Assembly (NCBI GenBank): GCA_028344535.1
Contig: JAOMBK010000006.1
Coordinates: 1,211 to 65,210 of the forward strand
Reading direction: 5' to 3'
DNA: 64,000 bases
DNA from: Pseudomonadota bacterium
GTDB taxonomy: Bacteria > Pseudomonadota > Gammaproteobacteria > Magnimaribacterales > D2472
Positions 19,319 to 28,527 of this stretch are shown piece after piece (position 1 is the first letter of the stretch; each line of letters begins with the position of its first letter). The notes under the pieces were generated by a model. That model was not told the origin of the DNA. It worked only from the letters and a program-made list of their open reading frames with translations, and made no database searches. A program made the translations under genes and the position numbers.

Positions 19319-20098
19319 ATAACCGTCTTGAATCAAAGACTCTGGGTTCACTTTATTTCCATCAAAATAAACTGTCCAATGCAGATGCGGTCCTGTAACT
19401 CGACCGGTGGCTCCTACCAAACCTATCTCGTTGGATTGTTCAACCAAATCACCGAGCTTTACTTTTATTCCACTCATATGTGCATAGGAAGAAAATAAAC
19501 CATGACCGTGGTCAAGAATTAAAGTTAATCCAGTGTAAAAATAATCACCTATTAAAACCACCTTGCCTTTTAGAGGGGCAACAATAGGCGTTCCGATGCT
19601 GCCACGAAGATCTAGAGCTAAATGAGCTGATCTAGGCATTCCATTCACAAACCTTTGCTTGCCAAAAGGTGATGTCACAATTCCTGGAACCGGAGCGACA
19701 AAATCAAAAGAAGGAGTAATCTCTGTTGAAGAATTGCTTAAGGCGGATTTAATTTCTATGGCCTCTTTGTTTGCTCTAGCTTGATCTTCTTTGCTTAAGG
19801 TAACCTTGCTTTCATCAGCAATAGTAATTCTTGATTCTCCAAAGTTCACCCAATTTACTTTCACCTTTACATGATGTCTGGTAATCACAAGATCTTGTTT
19901 TACAAAAGGGAGGCTTACCAATTGTTTTGTTCCTGCAGAGGTTTTAAAGGTTAAGACATCAGATTTTTCTTGAGCTGCTGCTGGAATTGATATGATTTCT
20001 CCGCTTTGACCTTGAAATAAATCATTTGCAAAAGTTTGAGTGCCCATCAAAGCCAACAGAGCTAGAAGCTTGGACGTCTTAATCTTTTTTTGAAACAT
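19301..20098 (-). CDS. M23 family metallopeptidase
   Basis: HLALD (HxxxD), YAHM, TGPHLH; start approximate. Confidence 0.9.
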   Translation of the reverse strand: MFQKKIKTSKLLALLALMGTQTFANDLFQGQSGEIISIPAAAQEKSDVLTFKTSAGTKQLVSLPFVKQDLVITRHHVKVKVNWVNFGESRITIADESKVTLSKEDQARANKEAIEIKSALSNSSTEITPSFDFVAPVPGIVTSPFGKQRFVNGMPRSAHLALDLRGSIGTPIVAPLKGKVVLIGDYFYTGLTLILDHGHGLFSSYAHMSGIKVKLGDLVEQSNEIGLVGATGRVTGPHLHWTVYFDGNKVNPESLIQDGYLSSIL

Positions 20099-21440
20099 TT
20101 GAAATAAAACCTCCATCTGCAAGACGGGTAGTTACATTATCACCCACCTTAAGATCTTTTGAGGATTTTAAGGCTTGCCCATTCTCATTCATTACTATTG
20201 CATAACCCCTGTCAAGAACAGCCAAAGGGCTGATTGCTTTCAAATTAGCATTAAGGCTCGCCAGCATTAATTTTTTCTTATCAATTAAATTCTTTATTTG
20301 AGAATTCAATGAGTTGAGATTATTTTTTAGGCGATCTTCATGTTTGCTAAACCTTTGCAATGCGCTTGATTGATAAATTTGAGTAGCAGCCAATTGGAAA
20401 TTTTGTTTGGCACCACTCACGATGTTTTGCATGACATTTGCAAGACGAATCTCTACGTTATCTAGAGATTGAGATTGCTCTTTGAGCATGGTGAGCGGAT
20501 TTTTTAAATTTTGTGAGGCAAGAAGGATTGTCTGAGATTTCTCTGTTAACCTTGCTTGTACTAAATAACCAAGGGTTGTTTTCCATTCTTCAAGCCTGTC
20601 TTCGAGTTGAAAATAATACTCTGTAACCATTTCAGCAGCTGCTGTTGGAGTTGGGGCCCTGAGATCAGCAACAAAATCTGTGATCGTGAAATCAATCTCG
20701 TGGCCAACACCAGAAATGATGGGCAGAGGAAAATCAAATATTTCTCTAGCTAAGCTTTCATTATTAAAAGCCCATAAGTCTTCAATTGATCCACCGCCTC
20801 GGCATATCAAAATTACATCCAAAGCATTTTCAGGATTTAGGTTGTTGTAGTTTAAAGTTTTTTGCAAAGCCTCAATCACTGACTTTGGAGCAGTATCGCC
20901 CTGAACTGTAGCAGGAATTAGAGACACTTGACTGATAGGAGCACGTCTTTGAATGGTCGTCAGGATATCTTGAAATGCTGCGGTAGATTCAGAAGTGATG
21001 ACTCCAATGTGTTTGGGTTGAAAAGGAATTTGTTTTTTAGTTTCTTGAGTAAAAAGACCTTCTTCATCTAATTTTTTCTTGAGCTCTTCAAATTGATGCA
21101 TTAGATTACCAGCGCCTGCAGGCTCCATTGAGCTAACAATTAATTGATAATCTCCGCGCGGGGCATAGAGACTGACCTGACCTTTTAAAATACATTGATC
21201 ACCATTTTGTGGATCAAAGTTCAACCTTAAATTTTGATTTCTAAACATGGCACATCGGATAGCGCCATCTTCATCTTTTAAAGTAAAGTAGATGTGCCCA
21301 GAAGAGGGACGCGCTATGTTTGAAATTTCTCCCAGAACAGACACGCCTCTAAATTGATTTTCTAAAAGTTTTTTTGCCTGTTGGTTCAGTTGCCCAACAG
21401 AGATAATTTCATCTCCTTGTTCTACAATGTCAGCACACAT
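20079..21440 (-). CDS. xseA: Exodeoxyribonuclease VII large subunit
   Basis: GEISN, SGHIYFTLKD, RGGGSIEDLW, GVGHEID, PTPTAAAE; start approximate. Confidence 0.96.
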   Translation of the reverse strand: MCADIVEQGDEIISVGQLNQQAKKLLENQFRGVSVLGEISNIARPSSGHIYFTLKDEDGAIRCAMFRNQNLRLNFDPQNGDQCILKGQVSLYAPRGDYQLIVSSMEPAGAGNLMHQFEELKKKLDEEGLFTQETKKQIPFQPKHIGVITSESTAAFQDILTTIQRRAPISQVSLIPATVQGDTAPKSVIEALQKTLNYNNLNPENALDVILICRGGGSIEDLWAFNNESLAREIFDFPLPIISGVGHEIDFTITDFVADLRAPTPTAAAEMVTEYYFQLEDRLEEWKTTLGYLVQARLTEKSQTILLASQNLKNPLTMLKEQSQSLDNVEIRLANVMQNIVSGAKQNFQLAATQIYQSSALQRFSKHEDRLKNNLNSLNSQIKNLIDKKKLMLASLNANLKAISPLAVLDRGYAIVMNENGQALKSSKDLKVGDNVTTRLADGGFISNVSKKD

Positions 21441-21457
21441 AAACGAAGTATATATTG

Positions 21458-22366
21458 ATGTCATCACAATTAAAGTCAGCGCAGAATTTTTTTATCCTGT
21501 GTCTTGGAGGCAGCCTCATAGGATTGGCTCCCTTGTTTGTAAGGTGGAGCGAGCTATCTCCCTCTTGGAACTTATGCTATCGAATGTTCTTAGCTCTGCC
21601 ATTTCTAGCGCTTATAAATTTTTATTACAACGGCTCTCAAGCATTTAAGTTAAAAAGTCGAAGGCATTTATTGCTGGTGCTTATTGCCTCACTCGCATTT
21701 GCAGGCGATATGAGTTCTTGGCATTGGAGCTTACAGTTCACCTCAGTGGCCAATGCAACTATTTTTGTAAACACTGCATCGATTTACATGGTGATCTTTG
21801 CTGTCTTAGTATTTAAAGAATCCATTTCTAGACAATTTATTTTGTCTTTTGTTCTAACTTTTATTGGAGTGATTGGGCTCATATATTTCTCAAATATTAA
21901 AACTGAGGGAGCTCTAATGGGAGATGGCATTGCATTGATGGCAGCATTTTTATATGCCACTTATTTATTGATTATTTCTCGGTTAGGTGAAGAGAGCTCC
22001 ATTAATATAATTTTCTACACAACACTGTTCACTGGAATGTTTGGTTTTGTGTTTGCTTTGTTTGAATCAAGAGATTTTTTGCCTAGCTCCTCAGCTCAAT
22101 TTTATAATTTATTAGCTATGGCTATTTTGTGCCAAGTCGGAGGCCAGTTTTTTATTACATACAGTTTGCCAAAGATTAAAGCTTCCTTAGGATCTATTGG
22201 CTTGCTAATGCAACCAATCATTGCAACTATTTTTGGAGCTATAGTATTTTATGAATACCTCAATTTCATCCAATTAAGTTTTGTCATCCTAGCCTTGCTT
22301 GGTATATATTTTGCTAGATTAGAGATTAAACCCACAACGGAGTTAAAACATGAAACCCAAAACTAA
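21458..22366 (+). CDS. DMT/EamA family transporter
   Basis: About 10 TM helices, TSVANAT, two EamA repeats. Confidence 0.88.
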   Translation: MSSQLKSAQNFFILCLGGSLIGLAPLFVRWSELSPSWNLCYRMFLALPFLALINFYYNGSQAFKLKSRRHLLLVLIASLAFAGDMSSWHWSLQFTSVANATIFVNTASIYMVIFAVLVFKESISRQFILSFVLTFIGVIGLIYFSNIKTEGALMGDGIALMAAFLYATYLLIISRLGEESSINIIFYTTLFTGMFGFVFALFESRDFLPSSSAQFYNLLAMAILCQVGGQFFITYSLPKIKASLGSIGLLMQPIIATIFGAIVFYEYLNFIQLSFVILALLGIYFARLEIKPTTELKHETQN

Positions 22367-22760
22367 AGCACAAGAGCTCGGCTTTCTTTCAAGAGATTAT
22401 GCTGTCGCAAAAGATAAAAAAAATTGGTTAGCTCTCTTCGACGAAAATGCCATAGTGCAGGATCCAATTGGTAAAAGCCCGTTGGACCCAGAGGGTAATG
22501 GTCACCAAGGGATTACCGCAATTGAAAAGTTTTATGACACAGTCATCGCCAATGGCAACATAGAATTTAATATCTTAGAGTCGATTCCATGCGCAGATGA
22601 GTGCGCTAATTATGCAGAGATAGTGAACGTTGTTGGAGATGTCAAAATAGAAACTAAAATGATTGTAATTTATCGTGTAAATTCAAGTGATAAAATAGTA
22701 TCATTACGGGCCTTTTGGGATTACCAAAATATGGAAGATCAACTTAAGGCTTTATTTTAA
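22350..22760 (+). CDS. NTF2/SnoaL-like (ketosteroid isomerase-like) protein
   Basis: WLALFDENAIVQDPIG...GKIVSLRAFW-type pattern. Confidence 0.85.
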   Translation: MKPKTKAQELGFLSRDYAVAKDKKNWLALFDENAIVQDPIGKSPLDPEGNGHQGITAIEKFYDTVIANGNIEFNILESIPCADECANYAEIVNVVGDVKIETKMIVIYRVNSSDKIVSLRAFWDYQNMEDQLKALF

Positions 22761-22765
22761 ATATT

Positions 22766-22841
22766 GGGTGATTAGCTCAGTTGGGAGAGCATCTCGTTTA
22801 CACCGAGAGGGTCGGCAGTTCGAGCCTGTCATCACCCACCA
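22766..22841 (+). tRNA. tRNA-Val(TAC)
   Basis: GGGTGATTAGCTCAG; anticodon arm TCTCG-TTTACAC-CGAGA; GTTCGA; CCA. Confidence 0.97.
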
Positions 22842-22848
22842 ATCAGAC

Positions 22849-22881
22849 AAAAAAAAGCCCAGAAAAAATCTGGGCTTTTTT
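22849..22881. terminator. Bidirectional intrinsic terminator (tRNA-Val / proteorhodopsin)
   Basis: A-run-GCCCAGA-loop-TCTGGGC-T-run. Confidence 0.9.
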
Positions 22882-22896
22882 ATTTAAGCTATTAAC

Positions 22897-23631
22897 TTAG
22901 TCGTTATCACTAACGGCAGCAACATAAATTGCTAAACCGAATGCGATTTTGTTTAAGAAGTCAGCTAAGTTATAGATAAGGTTAGCATTTGCCATATCAG
23001 GATTTGCTCCCATACCTAAGTAATAACCAATTGGATATATAGCCCAACCGACAGTCACAATCAAACGAATTGTGCTAAATGCCTGTTGTGCAGCTACGTT
23101 ACCGCTTGATGCATTTAACTTACCTGCTTCTCCAGAGAAGACCTCATAAATTATATACAACCAAGCCGCCATTCCAATTACAAAACAAATCATTGCATTA
23201 GAACCTGTTTCACCCATAAATCCAGCTATTAGCATAACAAGTGATGCTCCTAATAGTCTCCAGAAAACGCCTGAACCAACATTAGTACAGACCTTTAGGA
23301 TCAAATAGAACTCAATAATTTGAAGTGGAACGGTAATTAGCCAATCTATGTACCTATATACGGTTGGAGATGTACCAGTATCAACCCATACGCCTCTCAT
23401 ATATAAATAGTGCCAAAACGCCACACCAGTAACTAATCCAGCTACTGACAATGATGTTTTCCATTTACCTTGAACAACATCTCTTTCTGCAAAAAAGAAT
23501 ACTGTAGCTGCAAGCATTGCTGCAGTTACAAGCCAGAAAGAAATTCCTGTGAGATCACTGGTTGCAAGATCAGTAGTTGCAGCAAAAGTCGGCATACTGG
23601 TCAAACCAATGAGAGCAAAGAAATATTTCAT
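22897..23631 (-). CDS. Proteorhodopsin, blue-absorbing type
   Basis: RYIDWLITVPLQIIEF: DTE pump motif with Gln at spectral position 105; WHY His75; DFLNK retinal lysine. Confidence 0.97.
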   Translation of the reverse strand: MKYFFALIGLTSMPTFAATTDLATSDLTGISFWLVTAAMLAATVFFFAERDVVQGKWKTSLSVAGLVTGVAFWHYLYMRGVWVDTGTSPTVYRYIDWLITVPLQIIEFYLILKVCTNVGSGVFWRLLGASLVMLIAGFMGETGSNAMICFVIGMAAWLYIIYEVFSGEAGKLNASSGNVAAQQAFSTIRLIVTVGWAIYPIGYYLGMGANPDMANANLIYNLADFLNKIAFGLAIYVAAVSDND

Positions 23632-23820
23632 AATAACTCCATTTTTTATTATTTTTAACTCTCCCCCATGGACAGTTCAATTAGCATAACAAAATTTCAA
23701 CTTTTGAGTAAAATTATTGCTAAAATTTTTATTCATTAAATTTGACAAAATAATTGCTTAAAGGTACACAAAAAAAAGTTGCAGAAAAATTCAAAAAAGC
23801 TATCATTCACAAGCGTTCGC

Positions 23821-23898
23821 GGTCCGGTAGTTCAATCTGGTTAGAACGCCGCCCTGTCACGGCGGAGGTTGCGAGTTCGAGTCTCGTCCGGATCGCCA
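23821..23898 (+). tRNA. tRNA-Asp(GTC)
   Basis: Anticodon arm CCGCC-CTGTCAC-GGCGG; GTTCGAG; CCA. Confidence 0.97.
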
Positions 23899-23910
23899 TT
23901 TGAATAAAAT

Positions 23911-24309
23911 ATGAGCAGCCAAATAGCACTTATACTTCTCAATCTTTTGATTGCTGGGGTCATCTTTAGCCATCTTGCTTTAACTACACCTGTAATTTTT
24001 AAAACTCTTGATGAGGATGCAGCTTCAAGGTTCCTCCGTACAATTTTTCCAAGGTACTATCTCCTGCTATTTTTATTATCATTGCCTGCGATTTTAATTC
24101 TTTATTTCCAAGACTCATCACTAAGCTGGTGGTTGGGTATTAATATAACTGCTCATGCTTTCATTGGTTTGGTTGGCATTCCAATTACCAATGCAGCGAA
24201 AGACAGAGGCTGGGATAAAATATTTTCTTTTTCACATGGTGTGAGCGTCTATTGCACCATCGTAATTTTTGCACTTAGCATCATTCAGTTTTTTTTATTA
24301 ATCGATTAA
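23911..24309 (+). CDS. DUF4149-like membrane protein
   Basis: PVIFKTL..ASRFLRTIFPRYY, PITNAAKD, FSFSHGVSV. Confidence 0.75.
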   Translation: MSSQIALILLNLLIAGVIFSHLALTTPVIFKTLDEDAASRFLRTIFPRYYLLLFLLSLPAILILYFQDSSLSWWLGINITAHAFIGLVGIPITNAAKDRGWDKIFSFSHGVSVYCTIVIFALSIIQFFLLID

Positions 24310-24317
24310 ATTTTCTT

Positions 24318-24458
24318 TTGCACAAAAAATTAAATCTTGAAACCAAGCTATGCGAGCAGTGCAATCGATCATTTGCTTGGAGAAAAAAATGGAAGCGATC
24401 TTGGGATGAGATTAAATTTTGTAGTAAAAAATGCAAAGCTGACTCAAAAAAAAATTAA
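24318..24458 (+). CDS. DUF2256-like small Cys4 protein (46 aa)
   Basis: Manual translation from TTG: MHKKLNLETKLCEQCNRSFAWRKKWKRSWDEIKFCSKKCKADSKKN*; below ORF-track cutoff. Confidence 0.88.
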   Translation: MHKKLNLETKLCEQCNRSFAWRKKWKRSWDEIKFCSKKCKADSKKN

Positions 24459-24465
24459 ACAAATA

Positions 24466-24493
24466 CTTGAACTTAATGGTTTCAACACCATAT
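24466..24493 (+). promoter_or_regulatory. Sigma-32 promoter of htpG
   Basis: CTTGAA-N14-CACCATAT versus consensus CTTGAA-N13/14-CCCCATnT. Confidence 0.7.
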
Positions 24494-24517
24494 TGATTTC
24501 AAAGGGGATAAACAACT

Positions 24518-26344
24518 ATGGCTAGACCAAAAACAAAATCTTTTCAAACGGAAACCAAGCAGCTTTTGCAGTTGATGATTCATTCATTGTATTCAAACAA
24601 AGAAATTTTTCTTAGAGAGCTTGTGTCTAACTCCTCTGATGCACTTGATAAGCTTAGATTTAATGCCATAGAAAACTCAAAGTTACTTGAGGGAGACGCT
24701 GACCTAAAAATTAATATCAGTTTGAATTCACAAAATAATACGGTGACCATCTCAGACAATGGGATCGGTATGGTGGAAGAAGAAATTATTGAAAATATTG
24801 GAACCATTGCCAAATCTGGTACCGCTCAATTTTTATCAGAAATGACTGGTGACAAAAAAAAGGATTCTAATCTTATAGGTCAATTTGGAGTAGGGTTTTA
24901 CTCTGTATTCATGGTGGCTGAAAAAGTATCAGTTCACTCCAGGTCAGCAAATGCAACCTCCGATGAGGCAGTCATGTGGGAAAGCACTGGAGAGGACACC
25001 TACCAGCTATCAAAGATTCCAAAAGAAGATCGAGGAACCAAGATCACTATCTATCTCAATGAAGAAAATAAAGAGTTTTCCGAATTGATGCGAGTCAAGT
25101 TTTTGCTCCAAAAATATTCTCAATATATTAACTTCCCTTTAATTTTAAACCCTGAAGAGGGCGAGCCAGAAACCATTAATGATTCAGAGGCCATTTGGCT
25201 AAAATCAAAGAGATCTGTAAAAGCAGATGAGTATAAAGAGTTTTATAAGTTCATTTCTTATGATTCAAATGATCCCTTAACTTGGATGCATAATAAGGTT
25301 GAGGGCAAGCAAGAATATTCTAGTTTACTTTTTATTCCTGAAAAATCTCCATACGATCTTTGGAACAGAGATACTCCAAGAGGAATTAAGTTGTTTATTC
25401 AGAGAGTATTCATTATGGATGATGCTGCTCACTTCCTTCCTTTATACCTTCGTTTTGTTAAAGGAGTGGTTGACTCCAGCGATTTACCTCTAAATGTTTC
25501 TAGAGAGTTACTTCAAGACCATCCTTTGGTTGACTCAATTAAAAAAGGTTTAAGCAAAAGAGTGCTCGATACCCTGAAAAAAATGCAGAAAGATCAACCG
25601 GAAGATTATCAGAAATTTTGGAAGGAGTTTGGTCTGGTTATTAAAGAAGGGCCCGCTGAAGATTATGAAAACTCTGAATCTATAGCTGAGCTTTTTTTGT
25701 TTGCCAGCACCGCATCTGATGAAAATAAAATTGACACCACCCTTGACCAATACATTGAGCGCATGGATGGTGATGACGAAAAGATTTATTACTCTATTGC
25801 AGATACTTATGAGGCCGCGGTTAACTCTCCCCATATTGAGCATTTAAAAGCTAATGGAACGGAGGTTTTGCTTTTAACTGACAGAATCGATGAGTGGCTT
25901 ATGTCTACTCTTATGCAATTTAAAGGTAAAACCTTAATCAATGTTGCTAAAGAAGAATTAGAGGAAGGAGCAAAAAAACCTAGGGTTACAAAAGAAAAGC
26001 AGGAAATTATTGATAAGATGAAAAAATCTTTAGATGCCAGAGTGTCCGATGTTATTGCAAGCTCTCGTCTAGTTGATTCCGCAGCTTGCTTGGTACTTTC
26101 CAAAGATGAGCCAGGCGCTCAACTAAAAAGAATATTGGAAGCGTCAGGGCAAACTTTTGATGAGTCAAAGCCCGTATTTGAAGTTAATTTAAAACATAAA
26201 CTTATTAAAAAACTAGGTAACTTATCTGGAAAAGAGTTCTCTAACTTTGCTGAATTTTTATTTGATTATGCGATTATTGCAGAGGGTGGATCGCCAAAAG
26301 ATCCTGCTAAATATCTTAGACAGTTAGATAAATACTTAGGGTAA
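24518..26344 (+). CDS. htpG: Chaperone HtpG (Hsp90)
   Basis: YSNKEIFLRELVSN, DNGIGM, IGQFGVGFYS, LPLNVSRE. Confidence 0.98.
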   Translation: MARPKTKSFQTETKQLLQLMIHSLYSNKEIFLRELVSNSSDALDKLRFNAIENSKLLEGDADLKINISLNSQNNTVTISDNGIGMVEEEIIENIGTIAKSGTAQFLSEMTGDKKKDSNLIGQFGVGFYSVFMVAEKVSVHSRSANATSDEAVMWESTGEDTYQLSKIPKEDRGTKITIYLNEENKEFSELMRVKFLLQKYSQYINFPLILNPEEGEPETINDSEAIWLKSKRSVKADEYKEFYKFISYDSNDPLTWMHNKVEGKQEYSSLLFIPEKSPYDLWNRDTPRGIKLFIQRVFIMDDAAHFLPLYLRFVKGVVDSSDLPLNVSRELLQDHPLVDSIKKGLSKRVLDTLKKMQKDQPEDYQKFWKEFGLVIKEGPAEDYENSESIAELFLFASTASDENKIDTTLDQYIERMDGDDEKIYYSIADTYEAAVNSPHIEHLKANGTEVLLLTDRIDEWLMSTLMQFKGKTLINVAKEELEEGAKKPRVTKEKQEIIDKMKKSLDARVSDVIASSRLVDSAACLVLSKDEPGAQLKRILEASGQTFDESKPVFEVNLKHKLIKKLGNLSGKEFSNFAEFLFDYAIIAEGGSPKDPAKYLRQLDKYLG

Positions 26345-27382
26345 ATGACAATTAAAAAACAAGTTGCGGTTCTCGGGGGTGGGAGCTTCGGCACAGTTTT
26401 GGCAAATATTGCTGCATCAAATGGATATGAGGTTCGTTTGTGGGTTAGAGATGCTGATCAGGCTTTGAGGATTAATTCTGAGGGAGCCAATGCTACCTAT
26501 CATCCTGAATTAAAACTATCAGATAATATTACTGCTGATGACAATCTAGCATCGGTGGTTGCAGAATCACAATATATTTTAGTCGCGACCCCAAGCATTA
26601 TATTTGAGGAAGTGATATCTCGCTTAGAGCCATTGATTAGCCCCTCTGTGACAGTGATTTCCTGCACCAAGGGAATTAAGCCCGAGCCCTTTAGAACCAT
26701 GACAGACATTATTAATCAGCACCTAGGACATATCATAGGGAACAGAATTGGAGCCCTCAGCGGACCAAATCTTGCTAAAGAAATAGCAGAAGAAAAGGTT
26801 GCAGGAACTGTCATTGCCTCAGAGAATGAGAGTATCAACATGGAGATCAAATCAATGCTGTCCTCAAAAACATTTAAGGTTTTTTCTAGCCAAGATACTC
26901 AAGGCGTTGAATTGGCTGGAGCCCTAAAAAATATATATGCCATTTGCTGTGGAATTGCTCATGCAAAATTAGTTGGAGAAAATGCATTAGGATTTATTGT
27001 TACCAGAAGCATGGCAGAGATGAGTAGATTTGCCGTTGCCAAGGGAGCAAATCCGATTACATTTTTAGGTTTAGCAGGCATGGGTGATTTGATGGCAACC
27101 TGCACATCAAAGTTATCAAGAAATTTTCAGCTTGGTGAGCTCATTGCAGAAGATCTTTCTTTAATAGCTGCTAAAGAGAAAGTTGGGCAAGTTGCTGAAG
27201 GTGCAAGGACACTTGAAGTTGTTTACCATGAAGCAAATAAAATGAATGTGAGCATGCCGCTCGTAAATTCGTTATACAAAATTTTATATTCTGACTCATC
27301 ATCTGATCAATTAATTCAGGATTTGCTCGATCACCCCAATGAAGTTGATGTAGAATTTACTTACAAGGAAAAAAAATTATGA
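26345..27382 (+). CDS. gpsA: NAD(P)H-dependent glycerol-3-phosphate dehydrogenase
   Basis: GGGSFGT, SGPNLAKE, GALKN, GMGDL..TC, SRN. Confidence 0.95.
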   Translation: MTIKKQVAVLGGGSFGTVLANIAASNGYEVRLWVRDADQALRINSEGANATYHPELKLSDNITADDNLASVVAESQYILVATPSIIFEEVISRLEPLISPSVTVISCTKGIKPEPFRTMTDIINQHLGHIIGNRIGALSGPNLAKEIAEEKVAGTVIASENESINMEIKSMLSSKTFKVFSSQDTQGVELAGALKNIYAICCGIAHAKLVGENALGFIVTRSMAEMSRFAVAKGANPITFLGLAGMGDLMATCTSKLSRNFQLGELIAEDLSLIAAKEKVGQVAEGARTLEVVYHEANKMNVSMPLVNSLYKILYSDSSSDQLIQDLLDHPNEVDVEFTYKEKKL

Positions 27383-27753
27383 ATGAAATAAATAAAGACG
27401 AATTATTAGATTTAACAAAATGGCAGCGCTTCTTTTTTATGGTCATATATTCATTTGCAATTAATGGTGTTGTTGGTATTTTAATAATCATTGCCGCAGT
27501 TCAATTTTTTTTCTATTTGTTTACTTCTAAAATTAATAATCAGCTTCAGACTGCTAACAATTGGCTGCATGGTTTTTTTAGCGACTCTTTAAACTTTCTT
27601 AGCTTTAACACTGATACTAAACCATGGCCTTTCAATGGTTCACAAGATGAAAAAACTGAGAGCTCAGAATCGGATGAAGAAGTTGACGTTGTTGAGGGCG
27701 AGTCTGAGGAAGTTAGCTCAGACGACGATGACCCAGAGCAAACTAAACCTTAA
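27379..27753 (+). CDS. DUF4389-like membrane protein with acidic tail
   Basis: WQRFFFM, VQFFFYLFT, FNTDTKPWPF. Confidence 0.75.
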   Translation: MNEINKDELLDLTKWQRFFFMVIYSFAINGVVGILIIIAAVQFFFYLFTSKINNQLQTANNWLHGFFSDSLNFLSFNTDTKPWPFNGSQDEKTESSESDEEVDVVEGESEEVSSDDDDPEQTKP

Positions 27754-28414
27754 GCAAAGATAAAAATTCTGCTCTGACTTCAGGGTGTGCTTTGAAACTG
27801 CCACCTAGCCTGCTTGTAATGGTTGAGCTACCAGTATCCTCAACACCTCTTGACTTAACACAATAATGTTGAGCATCAACCATGACCGCCACATTTTCTG
27901 TGTCTAAGATATAGGAAAGGGCATGATATATTTGTTCAGTTAACCGTTCTTGAATCTGAGGTCGTTTAGAAAAGTACTCAACGATTCGGTTAATTTTTGA
28001 TAACCCTAATACATTTTTCTTAGGAACGTATGCAACTGTTGCTAAGCCATCAATAACAACAAAATGATGTTCGCAATTTGATTGCACAGAAATGTTTCTT
28101 TCAACAATCATTTCATTGTAGTTCATCTTATTCTCAACGACAGTGGCTTTCGGAAAGGCATCATAATCTAGCCCCCAAAAGATTTCATTGACATACATTT
28201 TAGCAACGCGTTTTGGAGTATCCATCAAGCTATCATCTTTTAAATCAAGCCCCAAGGTTGCAACAATTTCATCAAAGTGACCTTCGATCTTCTCAATCTT
28301 TTCTCTTCGCGACAAGCCATTATCGATTACTGGAGTTTCAACCCCCACTGAAACTAAATGTTCATGTACCTTGTGCCCTAAAACAGGGTCAGTTTTTGTT
28401 TTATCATAAGACAT
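27743..28414 (-). CDS. folE: GTP cyclohydrolase I
   Basis: TPKRVAKMY, SNCEHH, GLSKINR, QIQERLT, HYCVKSRG. Confidence 0.97.
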   Translation of the reverse strand: MSYDKTKTDPVLGHKVHEHLVSVGVETPVIDNGLSRREKIEKIEGHFDEIVATLGLDLKDDSLMDTPKRVAKMYVNEIFWGLDYDAFPKATVVENKMNYNEMIVERNISVQSNCEHHFVVIDGLATVAYVPKKNVLGLSKINRIVEYFSKRPQIQERLTEQIYHALSYILDTENVAVMVDAQHYCVKSRGVEDTGSSTITSRLGGSFKAHPEVRAEFLSLLKV

Positions 28415-28527
28415 GTACCTTTTCTCCTTCCTAACGCGGATATATTTATTATTTTAAGGCATGTTTAAAAGCTTTGTCTCGTATTTTAAGTAATTATATG
28501 TACCATTTTTTGGGTACATGTATGTAC

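Noticed and set aside
22897-23631. Carotenoid-antenna or Na+/Cl- pumping rhodopsin
   Set aside because: The motif is DTE and the fenestration position is Phe (ICFVIG), i.e. a standard proton pump.
24337-24525. 62-aa ORF in the track
   Set aside because: Out-of-frame overlap with the motif-bearing Cys4 ORF and the htpG promoter.
28499-28520. ATGTACC-N8-GGTACAT inverted repeat as a dif site
   Set aside because: Does not match XerC/XerD arms; probably a weak hairpin after fabY.
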